Positions 10,790-20,921 of a stretch of 64,000 nt of DNA are shown piece after piece. The position numbers and the translations under genes were made by a program. Origin of the DNA: a virus; IMG/VR virus record IMGVR_UViG_3300020205_002210, positions 57,250 to 121,249 of that record. One strand, 5' to 3'. Positions within the stretch are counted from its first letter, which is position 1. The number at the start of each line of letters is the position of its first letter. A model generated the notes under the pieces. The model was given only the letters and a program-made list of their open reading frames with translations. It made no database searches and was not told the origin of the DNA.

Positions 10790-11434
10790 ATGAAACTTAT
10801 TAAAGAGATCACCGAGTCAGTAAACTATCTCGTAGAAGAGACTGACGGAAAAAAAGTATTGTTCATCGAAGGACCATTTTTGGTCGCCGAAAGAACAAAC
10901 AAAAACGGCCGCATGTACAAAGAAGAAACTATGTCCAAAGAGGTTGGCCGTTATACTGAAGAATATATAAATAAAAATCGTGCCTTTGGTGAACTGGGAC
11001 ATCCAGATACCCCATCTATTAATCTTGACCGTGTATCACATTTAATTGTTGGTCTGCGGAAAGAAGATAATACTTGGATAGGCAAAGCAAAAATTCTTGA
11101 AACACCAATGGGCAACATTGCAAAAAGCCTTATCGAGGGTGGAGCACAATTAGGCGTGTCTTCTCGCGGTATGGGTTCTTTGAAGACTGTCAATGGTATC
11201 AACATAGTTCAAGATGACTTTCATTTAGCCACAGCGGCTGATATAGTAGCAGACCCTTCTGCGCCGGGTGCTTTTGTACAAGGTATTATGGAAGGTAAAG
11301 AGTGGATGATGGTTGAAGGAATATGGACTGAAGTTCATTATGAGGAAGCTCGTAGAGAAATCAAACAAGCTACCCCAAAACAGATCGAACAAGTCAGTTT
11401 AAAAATATTCGAAAATTTCATCAAAAAACTTTAA
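10790..11434 (+). CDS. gp21: Prohead protease
   Basis: MKLIKEITE start, AFGELGHP, GVSSRGMGSL, DIVADPSAP. Confidence 0.96.
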   Translation: MKLIKEITESVNYLVEETDGKKVLFIEGPFLVAERTNKNGRMYKEETMSKEVGRYTEEYINKNRAFGELGHPDTPSINLDRVSHLIVGLRKEDNTWIGKAKILETPMGNIAKSLIEGGAQLGVSSRGMGSLKTVNGINIVQDDFHLATAADIVADPSAPGAFVQGIMEGKEWMMVEGIWTEVHYEEARREIKQATPKQIEQVSLKIFENFIKKL

Positions 11435-11435
11435 T

Positions 11436-11443
11436 TATAAATA
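11436..11443 (+). promoter_or_regulatory. T4-type late promoter for gp22-gp23
   Basis: Exact TATAAATA 30 nt upstream of gp22. Confidence 0.8.
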
Positions 11444-11472
11444 TCCAATATAAAATCAAGGAGATTCTCAAA

Positions 11473-12732
11473 ATGGGAAAATACAATCTATCAGACGCTG
11501 CTAAAGCAATTTTGACAGAAGGCGCAAAGGAAAGCTTTGACGCTAATCTATCTTCTAAGCGTAGTGGCCAGGACGGCGCAACAAAATTACCAACATCTGT
11601 TGCTTATGGCATGAAAGATGTGGGTGAAGTTGCAGACGTTGTTGACAAACAAGATGATGTAAAGCCAGACTACACAAAAGGCACACCAACTGCAACACCT
11701 CCAGGTCCTACACCGCCAATCGGTTCAGAGCCAGGTTCTAAGTTGAGTGGTCCTGCTGATTCGGAAGGTTCTGAACACAAAGCCGTTCAAGCTGCTGCAA
11801 CTGACTATTCGGCCATTCGTGACCGTATCAAAGCCAGATTAGCAACTCAGACTATGCAAAGTAATCCTGGTGCAACTGCACCTTATGTTCCAGAAGAAGT
11901 TACTGAATCTGATCCAGTTATTTCAGAAGAAGAACATGAAGACAAAAAAGAAGACAAAGCACTCATCATGAAGATGATGAAGAAACAGAAAATGAAGGAA
12001 GAAATGGATTCCGATGTGAATGCATTGCTTTCTGGTGAAAACCTTTCTGAAGAATTCAAACAAAAAGCTACCACAATTTTCGAAGCTGCTGTTATTGCAC
12101 GATCACAATCCGTAGTGGAAGAAGTCGAACAAGCAATGTACGAGGAATTCGAAGTTGCTGTAGAAGAAATCAAAGAAGATTTGGCTGTTAAACTTGATGA
12201 CTACATCAGTTACATGGCTGAAGAGTGGTTCAAAGAGAACCAACTAGCAATTGAAAAAGGTCTGCGTTCAGAAATCGTTGAAGATTTCATTCGCGGATTA
12301 AAAGGATTGTTCGAAGAACACTACATTGACATTCCAGAAGAAAAAGTTGATGTTGTTGAACAATTGACAAACAGAGTTGAAGAACTGGAAGACTCATTAA
12401 ACGAACAGATCAAAACTGCCGTTGCAATGAAAAAGACTATCAGTGAACACAAAAAGAATGAGGCTATACATGCAGTATGTGAGGGCCTGACGCAGACGCA
12501 AGTAGAAAAATTTAAATCACTCGCAGAGGGTGTTGACTTTACTACTGAAGAAGAATTCGGAAGCAAAATGGACACATTGGTTGAATCATATTTTCAATCG
12601 ACCGTTAAATCCGCAGACAAATCTGTATTGAACGAAGAAGTGCTTGTGGAAGACGAAGCCAAGCCAGCGCGAAATGTTGATCCAACAATAGCGCAATATG
12701 CACAAACTATCTCAAAAACATTGGCTAAATAA
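11473..12732 (+). CDS. gp22: Prohead core scaffolding protein
   Basis: LSEEFKQKATTIFEAAV, W..EN.LAIE.G.RSEI.E.F..GLK.LF.EHYIDIPEEK motifs. Confidence 0.93.
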   Translation: MGKYNLSDAAKAILTEGAKESFDANLSSKRSGQDGATKLPTSVAYGMKDVGEVADVVDKQDDVKPDYTKGTPTATPPGPTPPIGSEPGSKLSGPADSEGSEHKAVQAAATDYSAIRDRIKARLATQTMQSNPGATAPYVPEEVTESDPVISEEEHEDKKEDKALIMKMMKKQKMKEEMDSDVNALLSGENLSEEFKQKATTIFEAAVIARSQSVVEEVEQAMYEEFEVAVEEIKEDLAVKLDDYISYMAEEWFKENQLAIEKGLRSEIVEDFIRGLKGLFEEHYIDIPEEKVDVVEQLTNRVEELEDSLNEQIKTAVAMKKTISEHKKNEAIHAVCEGLTQTQVEKFKSLAEGVDFTTEEEFGSKMDTLVESYFQSTVKSADKSVLNEEVLVEDEAKPARNVDPTIAQYAQTISKTLAK

Positions 12733-12773
12733 ATAAAGTTTACCAATAATAGAAACTCACAAGGAGAATACTA

Positions 12774-14108
12774 ATGTTTCTAACAGAAGAACTACAAAAA
12801 AAATGGCAACCAGTTCTGGAGCACCCAGAATTAGAAGCGATTAGAGATCCATACAAAAAGGCTGTTACAGCTTTAGTGTTGGAAAACCAACAACAAGCTA
12901 TGTCACAAGACGCACAGGCACTGAATGAGACTACTTATTCAGCAACACCTGGTAATGCAACTGGTGCTAGCATTCAGAACTACGATCCAATCTTAATCAG
13001 TTTGGTTCGCCGTGCTTTACCTAACCTAATTGCATATGATGTTGCTGGCGTTCAGCCAATGACAGGACCTACTGGTCTGATCTTTGCAATGCGCGCTAAG
13101 TACAATACACAAGGTGGTACAGAAGCTTTCTTCAACGAAGCAAATACACTGTTCACTGGTGCTGGTTCGTCTGCTAACCCATACGGTTTCCGCGGCAATA
13201 ACGCAACCGACATTGTTACAAACACTGGTGCAGACTTGGTTGCTAACAGTTTCACAACTGGTATCGGCATGCCAACAAGCCGTGCTGAAGGTCTTGGTGC
13301 TGATGACTCTACAGGTATGTTCAATCAAATGGCTTTCTCTATCGAGAAAGTTACTGTGACTGCTCAATCCCGTGCGTTGAAAGCTGAATACTCTCTAGAA
13401 CTTGCACAAGACTTGAAAGCTGTTCACGGTCTTGATGCTGAAACAGAATTGTCAAACATTCTGTCTACAGAGATTCTTGCTGAAATCAACCGTGAAGTTA
13501 TCCGTACAATCTATACTTGTGCCGTTGCCGGTGCTCAGTATGGTACGACAACTGCTGGTTCATTCGACTTAGACACTGACTCTAACGGTCGTTGGTCTGT
13601 TGAACGTTTCAAAGGTCTGATTTTCCAAATCGAACGCGATGCAAACGTTATTGCTAAGCAAACTCGTCGTGGTAAAGGCAACGTGATGATCGTATCATCC
13701 GATGTTGCTTCCGCTATGGCAATGGCTGGTGTTCTTTCTTATACACCTGCACTGTCTGCTGACTTGCAAGTTGATGACACTGGTAACACCTTTGCTGGTT
13801 TGTTACACGGTCGTATCAAAGTGTACATTGACCCATATTTTGGTGGATATACTTCCAACCAAGAATTGGTTACAATTGGTTACAAAGGTACTTCACCTTA
13901 TGATGCTGGTATTTTCTACTGCCCATATGTTCCATTACAAATGGTTCGTGCAGTTGACCAATACACATTCCAACCTAAAATTGGTTTCAAGACTCGTTAC
14001 GGCATGGTTGCAAACCCATTCGCAACAGGTGCTTCAGCAAGTAACGGTGCATTGAATGCTCGTAGCAATGTGTACTATCGTATTTTCCAAGTCAAAAACT
14101 TGATGTAA
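12774..14108 (+). CDS. gp23: Major capsid protein
   Basis: LVRRALPNLIAYDVAGVQPMTGPTGLIFAMR, FYCPYVPLQM, FQPKIGFKTRYG. Confidence 0.98.
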   Translation: MFLTEELQKKWQPVLEHPELEAIRDPYKKAVTALVLENQQQAMSQDAQALNETTYSATPGNATGASIQNYDPILISLVRRALPNLIAYDVAGVQPMTGPTGLIFAMRAKYNTQGGTEAFFNEANTLFTGAGSSANPYGFRGNNATDIVTNTGADLVANSFTTGIGMPTSRAEGLGADDSTGMFNQMAFSIEKVTVTAQSRALKAEYSLELAQDLKAVHGLDAETELSNILSTEILAEINREVIRTIYTCAVAGAQYGTTTAGSFDLDTDSNGRWSVERFKGLIFQIERDANVIAKQTRRGKGNVMIVSSDVASAMAMAGVLSYTPALSADLQVDDTGNTFAGLLHGRIKVYIDPYFGGYTSNQELVTIGYKGTSPYDAGIFYCPYVPLQMVRAVDQYTFQPKIGFKTRYGMVANPFATGASASNGALNARSNVYYRIFQVKNLM

Positions 14109-14148
14109 TCTACGAAAACAGAGTCACCGTAAAGAGTGACAAGTTTAG

Positions 14149-14174
14149 AAGGACCTTTCGGGGTCCTTTTTTTT
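14149..14174 (+). terminator. Rho-independent terminator after gp23
   Basis: AGGACC/GGTCCT stem followed by T-run; preceded by GTCAC/GTGAC hairpin at 14123-14140. Confidence 0.85.
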
Positions 14175-14203
14175 GGCTCCTAAATAATACATAAGGAGAA
14201 ATC

Positions 14204-14716
14204 ATGACTGTAATTACTAGAAGTCCAGAGAATACCAACTTACTTCAACCCACAAAATTTTTACTGACATTCAGCAGAATTGCTACAACACAGTATTTTT
14301 GTCAAACAGTAAATTTGCCTGGCGTTTCTTTGGGAGAAGTTGTTAGAGTGACTCCATTCTTAGACATGTATTCTCCTGGTACAAAATTAACCTATGAACC
14401 ATTAGAGATGGAATTCATGGTTGATGAAGAACTGTTATCATGGAAGAATCTATATGATTGGTTTACTTCTATGGCCGACCCGGACGGTTTTGAGAAGAGA
14501 GATGTTAGTAGAGAACTGCAAAGCATCAAATACTTCTCTGACGCCACCCTGACAGTGCTGAGTGCATTGAATAATCCAATATTGAGAATTCAATATACTA
14601 ATGTTTTTCCATTGAGTATCAGTGATATAGGGTTTGACACCACAAGGTCCGCAGACACCATAATAACCGCTAAAGCAACATTTAGGTATCAATCATACAA
14701 ATACTTGACAGCTTGA
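14204..14716 (+). CDS. gp3: Tail completion/sheath stabiliser protein
   Basis: NLLQPTKF, YFCQTVNLPGVSLG, SDATLTVL, F.Y C-term. Confidence 0.88.
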   Translation: MTVITRSPENTNLLQPTKFLLTFSRIATTQYFCQTVNLPGVSLGEVVRVTPFLDMYSPGTKLTYEPLEMEFMVDEELLSWKNLYDWFTSMADPDGFEKRDVSRELQSIKYFSDATLTVLSALNNPILRIQYTNVFPLSISDIGFDTTRSADTIITAKATFRYQSYKYLTA

Positions 14717-14733
14717 CAGTATTATGATATAAT
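14705..14733 (+). promoter_or_regulatory. Sigma70-type early promoter for uvsY-uvsW
   Basis: TTGACA-17nt-TATAAT. Confidence 0.8.
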
Positions 14734-14798
14734 GTTTTGAATGAATAGGAATGATGTAAGTCATTGATCTTAAACAATATTTTGTTATTTTTGAATAT

Positions 14799-15233
14799 AT
14801 GGAAACACTTGAACAAGTACTAAAAATGTGGGAATCGGATACGGTCATAGACCAAACCGAACCTAGTAAAGAATTATTAAAGATACCTGTATACCACAGT
14901 AAGTATCTTAGTATTCTAACCAAACACCGAATTGCGTCCAAAAGAGCACACTTTGATTATCTGCGTATGCGTAAGATCAAATGGGAATACTTTACTGGTA
15001 AATTATCGCAAGAAGAACTTGGTGAATATGGATGGGAACCATTTCAGTTTGCACTGAAATCCGATATCAACACATATCTGGAATCCGACAAAGACCTTAT
15101 TAAGTTATTGGAAAAGAAGATTTACCATGAAGAGGTAGTATCAATTCTGGAATCTATTATGTCTGAATTGAAATCTAGAACATTTCAGTTGCGTGACTTC
15201 ATTAGTTGGGAGAAATTCGTTGGCGGACAATGA
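14799..15233 (+). CDS. uvsY: Recombination mediator UvsY
   Basis: IPVYHSKYL, KWEYFTGKLSQEEL..YGWEPF, KF..G C-term; next to uvsW. Confidence 0.9.
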   Translation: METLEQVLKMWESDTVIDQTEPSKELLKIPVYHSKYLSILTKHRIASKRAHFDYLRMRKIKWEYFTGKLSQEELGEYGWEPFQFALKSDINTYLESDKDLIKLLEKKIYHEEVVSILESIMSELKSRTFQLRDFISWEKFVGGQ

Positions 15234-16716
15234 CCAATTAATAGTCACAAAAAAGGATGAAGTCTTTGCAAAGATAACATGTGAGAAACATGTTGCAAGG
15301 GAATTATCGGAGTACTTTACCTTTTTTGTACCAGGACACCAATTTGTTCCTGCATTTAGAAACAGAATCTGGGACGGTAAGATTAGATTATTCAATCTGA
15401 CAACCAGTCAACTGTATCTTGGCCTACTTCCGCATCTCAAAGAATTTTGTGATGAACGAGAATACAAATTTGTATATGATGGGCACGAAGATGAATACTC
15501 TGTTTATCATGCTAAAAAGTACTTTGAAACTTTAAACCTACATTCTCAAGGTAAAGCAATTGATGTGCGAGAACACCAACAAACAGCTTTCATTGAATCT
15601 ATGCAAAAGCGTAGAGCTTTGTTACTCTCACCAACCGCCTCAGGTAAATCACTAATCATCTATTTGTTGTTTAGACAACTCTTAGACTATCAAAATTTAA
15701 AAGGTTTGATTATTGTTCCAACAACATCTTTGGTAGAACAATTGTACTCAGACTTTGCAGACTACTCATCACATAACAATTTTGTGGTTGAAGACACTGT
15801 ACACCGTGTTTATCAAGGTAAAGATAAAGCCACGGACAAAAAACTAACTATCAGTACATGGCAGTCATTGTATAAAATGCCTCCAGAATTCTTTCATCAA
15901 TACGATTATGTGATTGGTGATGAAGCCCATTTGTTTAAGGCACAATCTTTAACATCTATCTTAACATCTTGCATCAATGCAAAATATAGAATTGGTTTAA
16001 CTGGTACATTAGATGGCACAGCAACACACAAACTTGTTTTGGAAGGATTGTTTGGGCAAGTTAAGAAAGTTATTTCAACCAAAGAATTAATTGACAATAA
16101 ACAACTCTCCGACTTCAACATTAAATGTCTGGTGTTAAAACATCCAGTTGAGTTATGTACACAATTAAAAGACTGTACTTACCAAGAAGAGATTCAGTTT
16201 TTAATTAGTAACACTGATAGAAATAGATTCATTCGTAATCTTGTTATTTCATTGAACACAAACACTTTGGTTCTCTATCAGATGGTAGAGAAACACGGCC
16301 AAATATTGTTTGACATTATCAAAGAAAAATCAACAGATAGAAAAGTATTCTTTGTGCATGGTGGTGTTGATACTGATGAACGCGAATCTATTCGTAAGAT
16401 AATGGAAACAGAAAGCAATGCTATTGTGGTTGCAAGCTTTGGTACCTTCAGTACTGGTATTAACATTAGAAACTTACACAACATCGTCTTTGCAAGTCCT
16501 AGTAAATCTAGAGTTAGAAACTTACAAAGTATTGGCCGAGGTTTGCGACAGAGTGAAGGCAAAGAAATGGCTACACTCTTTGATATTGCAGACGATCTTA
16601 GAATAAAAAAACACACAAACTTCACACTACAACATTTCGTGGAAAGAATTAAGATATATAATGAAGAGAAGTTTACTTTTAAAATCTACAATATAGGACT
16701 CAAAAATGGCAGCTAA
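15220..16716 (+). CDS. uvsW: SF2 helicase UvsW (probable TTG start at 15220)
   Basis: SPTASGKS, GDEAH, GLTGT, FSTGINI, QSIGRGLR; GGGAGA RBS before TTG 15220. Confidence 0.95.
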   Translation: MADNDQLIVTKKDEVFAKITCEKHVARELSEYFTFFVPGHQFVPAFRNRIWDGKIRLFNLTTSQLYLGLLPHLKEFCDEREYKFVYDGHEDEYSVYHAKKYFETLNLHSQGKAIDVREHQQTAFIESMQKRRALLLSPTASGKSLIIYLLFRQLLDYQNLKGLIIVPTTSLVEQLYSDFADYSSHNNFVVEDTVHRVYQGKDKATDKKLTISTWQSLYKMPPEFFHQYDYVIGDEAHLFKAQSLTSILTSCINAKYRIGLTGTLDGTATHKLVLEGLFGQVKKVISTKELIDNKQLSDFNIKCLVLKHPVELCTQLKDCTYQEEIQFLISNTDRNRFIRNLVISLNTNTLVLYQMVEKHGQILFDIIKEKSTDRKVFFVHGGVDTDERESIRKIMETESNAIVVASFGTFSTGINIRNLHNIVFASPSKSRVRNLQSIGRGLRQSEGKEMATLFDIADDLRIKKHTNFTLQHFVERIKIYNEEKFTFKIYNIGLKNGS

Positions 16717-17056
16717 AATAGTAAGATTTAATGATGGATTAGATGTGATCTGTGAATTCACAACAGTTTCCAAAAACCTTTCGGTACTTGAAAACCCTAT
16801 GGTATTTGAGATCCGTGGAGTAAACTTGCAATTGCAACCGTGGTTACCGGTTGCCGTCATACAACAAGATTTTGTCGAGGTAAGTAACGACAGCGTGCTT
16901 TGCACGATGGATCCAACTGAGGATTTTGAAGAGTACTATAAGAGTACAGTTCTAAAATTACAGGAAGAAATGAAGAAGGGAGAAGAAGTACTTCTTACGG
17001 AGGAAGTCTTAACAGCTTTTGAAGAGAAAGCTTTTAATAAATCCTTAATGCATTAA
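16706..17056 (+). CDS. Conserved T4-like hypothetical protein (Sm-like fold suspected)
   Basis: KIVRFNDGLDVICE...PWLP pattern; usual position upstream of gp55. Confidence 0.6.
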   Translation: MAAKIVRFNDGLDVICEFTTVSKNLSVLENPMVFEIRGVNLQLQPWLPVAVIQQDFVEVSNDSVLCTMDPTEDFEEYYKSTVLKLQEEMKKGEEVLLTEEVLTAFEEKAFNKSLMH

Positions 17057-17088
17057 TATTTAATAAACATCATAGGGGGACACCGAGG

Positions 17089-17117
17089 ACTATAACACTA
17101 GTCAAGCCCCTTGTCAA
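17089..17117 (-). promoter_or_regulatory. Antisense sigma70-like promoter
   Basis: Minus strand reads TTGACA-17nt-TATAGT. Confidence 0.5.
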
Positions 17118-17139
17118 CAACTTTTTATGGTACACTTGA

Positions 17140-17685
17140 ATGACTAAACAAAAACATTACATTAATAACCTAGATTTCCTAAAAGCTCTAGAAGATTATA
17201 AGGCCGCCTGCGTTGAGGCCGCCAAACAAAACCAACCTAAACCGATTATACCAAATTATATCGGTGAATGTTTTATGAAAATTGCCGAAGGATTGTCTCA
17301 CAAACCAAACTTCATCAATTACACTTACCGAGATGAAATGGTATCCGATGGTATTGAAAACTGTTTGATGTATTTCGAAAACTTTGATCCGGCAAAATCA
17401 AAGAATCCATTCGCATACTTTACACAAGTCATCTATTTCGCATTCTTACGAAGAATCCAAAAAGAAAAGAAACAACTGTATGTCAAGTATAAAGCAACAG
17501 AGTTGTATGGCATATTGGATGAGTTTGAGATGTTGGAGTCTGAAGATGGTTCAACCAAACAGTTCGATCTATATGACAACATTGCCGAATTTATTGAAAC
17601 CTATGAGATAACAAAGAAGGCAAAGAAAGCCGAAAAAGATGCGGCAAAGAAACCAAAAGGGCTTGAAAAATTTATTGAGGAGTGA
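17140..17685 (+). CDS. gp55: Late transcription sigma factor
   Basis: HYINN..F, IGECFMKIAEGLSHKPNFINYTYRDEM, NPFAYFTQ. Confidence 0.96.
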   Translation: MTKQKHYINNLDFLKALEDYKAACVEAAKQNQPKPIIPNYIGECFMKIAEGLSHKPNFINYTYRDEMVSDGIENCLMYFENFDPAKSKNPFAYFTQVIYFAFLRRIQKEKKQLYVKYKATELYGILDEFEMLESEDGSTKQFDLYDNIAEFIETYEITKKAKKAEKDAAKKPKGLEKFIEE

Positions 17686-17689
17686 TATA

Positions 17690-18127
17690 ATGAGAAAAAT
17701 TGGATTTAATTGTAGTACACTCGATTTGTTCCATGCTGGTCATGTTACGATGTTGAAAATTGAAAAACAACACTGTGACCATCTAATCGTGGCACTACAA
17801 TCCGACCCAACAATTGATAGGCCAGAGACCAAAAATAAACCAGTACAATCTTTGTACGAAAGGTTTGTTCAGATTTCAGCTTGTCGTTATGTTGACGAGG
17901 TTTTGGTATATGAAACCGAAGAAGATTTGGAAAACATTTTTAAAACGCAAACTATACACATCAGATTTTTAGGTGATGAGTACAAGTCTAAACCATTTAC
18001 CGGCAAACAATATTGCCTAGACAATGGCATTGAGTTGTTCTTCCATGATAGACAACATCCGTATAGTAGTTCTCGATTGAGACAACGTGTATATGAAGCT
18101 GAGAAAAAGAGATTAGATATTAAATGA
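17690..18127 (+). CDS. Glycerol-3-phosphate cytidylyltransferase-like (TagD family)
   Basis: STLDLFHAGH (HxGH), ER...SACRYVDEV, YSSSRLR. Confidence 0.85.
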   Translation: MRKIGFNCSTLDLFHAGHVTMLKIEKQHCDHLIVALQSDPTIDRPETKNKPVQSLYERFVQISACRYVDEVLVYETEEDLENIFKTQTIHIRFLGDEYKSKPFTGKQYCLDNGIELFFHDRQHPYSSSRLRQRVYEAEKKRLDIK

Positions 18128-19203
18128 AAATTGCAATTATTACCGATCAACATTTTGGTGCAAGAAATGATTCGATTCATTTTTTGGATTTCTATGAAAA
18201 GTTTTATAAAGAAACATTCTTTCCAACCTTGTTGAAAGAAGGTATTAAAACTGTATTGATTCTGGGTGACACCTTTGATCGCAGAAAATATGTAAATTTC
18301 TTTTCATTGAAACGTGCCAAACAAATGTTCTTTGATCCTTTGTATGAGATGGGTATTGAAGTTTATATGTTGGCAGGAAACCACGATACATATTTTAAGA
18401 ATACCAATGATGTTAATTCAGCCGACTTGTTGCTCGGAGAATATGACAATATCAATGTGATTGATTCACCACAAACAATTCATTTAGACTATGCAAACAC
18501 AACATCAGATGTTTGTATGATGCCATGGATATGCACTGAGAACTATGAGAACTCTATGCAAGAGTTGAAGAACACCTCAGCAACCATTTGTATGGGTCAT
18601 TTTGAGATTGCCGGATTTGCAATGCACCGTGGCATGCCTTCTGAAGGTGGACTTGATCGTAAAATTTTTGATAAATTTGAACTTACATTCAGCGGACACT
18701 ATCACCATAAATCTTCTTCTGGTGATATACATTACTTGGGTAACCCGTATGAACTTACTTGGCAAGATCACAATGATGACAGAGGTTTTCATCTGTTTGA
18801 TTTGGATACAAAAACACTTGAGTTTATTAAAAATCCAAATAATATGTTCCATAAAATTGTTTATGATGATGTGTCAGAATCCATTTCAGACATTGACAAG
18901 AAAGACTTGGCAATATACAACAACTCATATGTCAAAGTGGTAGTGGTTAATAAAACAAACCCATATCTGTTTGACAAATTTATGAATAACTTGTATAATG
19001 TCAATCCAATAGATATTACTATTGTTGAAGACTTTTCGGAATTACTTGATGATGTGGAAGATACAGTCGATCAAGCCGAAGACACAATAACAATATTGAA
19101 CAAATATGTTGATGGTATTACCGAACAGAGTATCGATAACAACGAATTGAAAAAATTATTGAAAGAACTCTACGTAGAGGCACTGAACACAGAACAAGCA
19201 TGA
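18124..19203 (+). CDS. gp47: Recombination endonuclease subunit (Mre11/SbcD-like)
   Basis: TDQHFG, LGDTFD, AGNHD, GHF, SGHYH metallophosphoesterase motifs. Confidence 0.96.
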   Translation: MKIAIITDQHFGARNDSIHFLDFYEKFYKETFFPTLLKEGIKTVLILGDTFDRRKYVNFFSLKRAKQMFFDPLYEMGIEVYMLAGNHDTYFKNTNDVNSADLLLGEYDNINVIDSPQTIHLDYANTTSDVCMMPWICTENYENSMQELKNTSATICMGHFEIAGFAMHRGMPSEGGLDRKIFDKFELTFSGHYHHKSSSGDIHYLGNPYELTWQDHNDDRGFHLFDLDTKTLEFIKNPNNMFHKIVYDDVSESISDIDKKDLAIYNNSYVKVVVVNKTNPYLFDKFMNNLYNVNPIDITIVEDFSELLDDVEDTVDQAEDTITILNKYVDGITEQSIDNNELKKLLKELYVEALNTEQA

Positions 19204-20921
19204 TATTATTTCAGAAAATAAAATGGAAAAACTTTCTTTCCACGGGAGCTGCGTTTACCGAAATTGATTTTACCAAGTCTACCAACACATTGATTGTTGG
19301 GCACAATGGTGCAGGAAAGTCCACCATTTTGGATGCATTGTGTTTTGGTCTATTTGGTAAACCCTTTCGTAAAATAAACAAACCACAACTATTGAATTCT
19401 GTAAATGCCAGAGATGCAATTGTACAAATTGAATTCAATATCGGTCAGAAGAAGTACAAGGTCATACGTGGTATCAAACCTAACTTGTTTGAGATTTATG
19501 TCAATGATGTTCTATTAAATCAAGACGCAGCATCACGGGACTACCAAGAGGTTTTAGAGAATCAAATACTTAAACTCAACTACAAGTCATTCACACAGGT
19601 TGTGATACTTGGTTCAGCCTCATTTGTTCCTTTCATGCAACTGTCGGCATCTGATCGTAGAGCAATCATTGAAGACTTATTGGACATTCAAATATTCTCC
19701 TCTATGAATGTTGTTCTAAAAGATAAAATGTCCGTTATAAAAGATGGTTTGACAAAAATCAAGTACGACATAAAGTTGACAGAAGAGAAAATTAATATAC
19801 AAAAAGAGACAATTGAAGATAATCGAAAACACAACAGTGACGAGATTCAGAAACGGCAAACGGAGATCGGCAAATCTAAAGAACAGGTAGATAACTTAAA
19901 CAAACAAATCAAGTTAATATTGAAACATGTTGCAGTACTGACTTCAAAAGTCGGTGATAATAAGACTAAGTTGGAAAAGAAATCTAAAGGTTTGTTTCAG
20001 ATACAAGGTAAGATTGAAACCAATATTAAAAAGAACCAAAAAGACATTGAGTTCTATGAGAACAACCACGATTGTCCCACATGTAAACAGGCCATCACAA
20101 CTGAATGGAAACAATCTCAATTAACCGAGAAACTTAATAAAATAGAGACACAGAAAAAAGGTTTTGTGGAAATCGAATCTGAACTGAAAAGTGTTAATGA
20201 TGAGATGAAAGTTATTTCTGGTATACTCACACACATAAGTGAACACAACACCGAGGTTGCGAAACACAATTCAACCGTTTCTGCAATCAATGGTTATGTC
20301 GCCAAGTTGATTACCGAAATTGAAGAGTTGTCCGTTAAGGTTGATGTGTCTGAAGATGGCAATGAAAAATTAACGAACCTGAAAACAGAGTTGGCCAAAC
20401 ACACAGAAGAATATGAGAGTTTGATTCAATCAAAACACTACAATGAATTTGCAGCAACTTTGTTGAAAGATGGTGGCATCAAAACCAAAATCATCAAACA
20501 ATATTTGCCAGTGATGAACAAGTTAATTAACAAGTATCTCTCTGCAATGGACTTTTTTGTTAACTTCAACATCAATGAAAATTTTGAAGAAACAATTAAG
20601 AGTAGACATAGAGATGAATTTTCTTATGCCAATTTCTCAGAGGGTGAGAAGATGCGTATTGACTTGGCTCTACTGTTTACATGGCGACAAATTGCCAAGA
20701 TGAAAAACTCAACGAATACAAATTTGTTAATACTTGATGAAGTATTTGATTCCAGCCTCGATATGGTCGGCACTGAAGAATTCCTAAAGTTGATACAAGA
20801 AATGGGTACAGACACAAATGTGTTTGTTATCTCACACAAGGGTGACCAACTGTTTGACAAGTTCAGGTCAGTTATCCGTTTTCAAAAGAAAAACAATTTT
20901 TCAAGGATCGTAAAACAATGA
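19200..20921 (+). CDS. gp46: Recombination ATPase subunit (Rad50/SbcC-like)
   Basis: GHNGAGKST, CPTC zinc hook, FSEGEKMR, ILDEVFD. Confidence 0.96.
   Translation: MILFQKIKWKNFLSTGAAFTEIDFTKSTNTLIVGHNGAGKSTILDALCFGLFGKPFRKINKPQLLNSVNARDAIVQIEFNIGQKKYKVIRGIKPNLFEIYVNDVLLNQDAASRDYQEVLENQILKLNYKSFTQVVILGSASFVPFMQLSASDRRAIIEDLLDIQIFSSMNVVLKDKMSVIKDGLTKIKYDIKLTEEKINIQKETIEDNRKHNSDEIQKRQTEIGKSKEQVDNLNKQIKLILKHVAVLTSKVGDNKTKLEKKSKGLFQIQGKIETNIKKNQKDIEFYENNHDCPTCKQAITTEWKQSQLTEKLNKIETQKKGFVEIESELKSVNDEMKVISGILTHISEHNTEVAKHNSTVSAINGYVAKLITEIEELSVKVDVSEDGNEKLTNLKTELAKHTEEYESLIQSKHYNEFAATLLKDGGIKTKIIKQYLPVMNKLINKYLSAMDFFVNFNINENFEETIKSRHRDEFSYANFSEGEKMRIDLALLFTWRQIAKMKNSTNTNLLILDEVFDSSLDMVGTEEFLKLIQEMGTDTNVFVISHKGDQLFDKFRSVIRFQKKNNFSRIVKQ

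Noticed and set aside
14108-14204. No gp24 vertex gene after gp23
   Set aside because: Common in non-T-even T4-like phages; not unusual
15193-15241. Apparent frameshift at the uvsW start (ATG at 15230 is out of frame)
   Set aside because: An in-frame TTG at 15220 with a GGGAGA RBS gives a normal start; no frameshift needed
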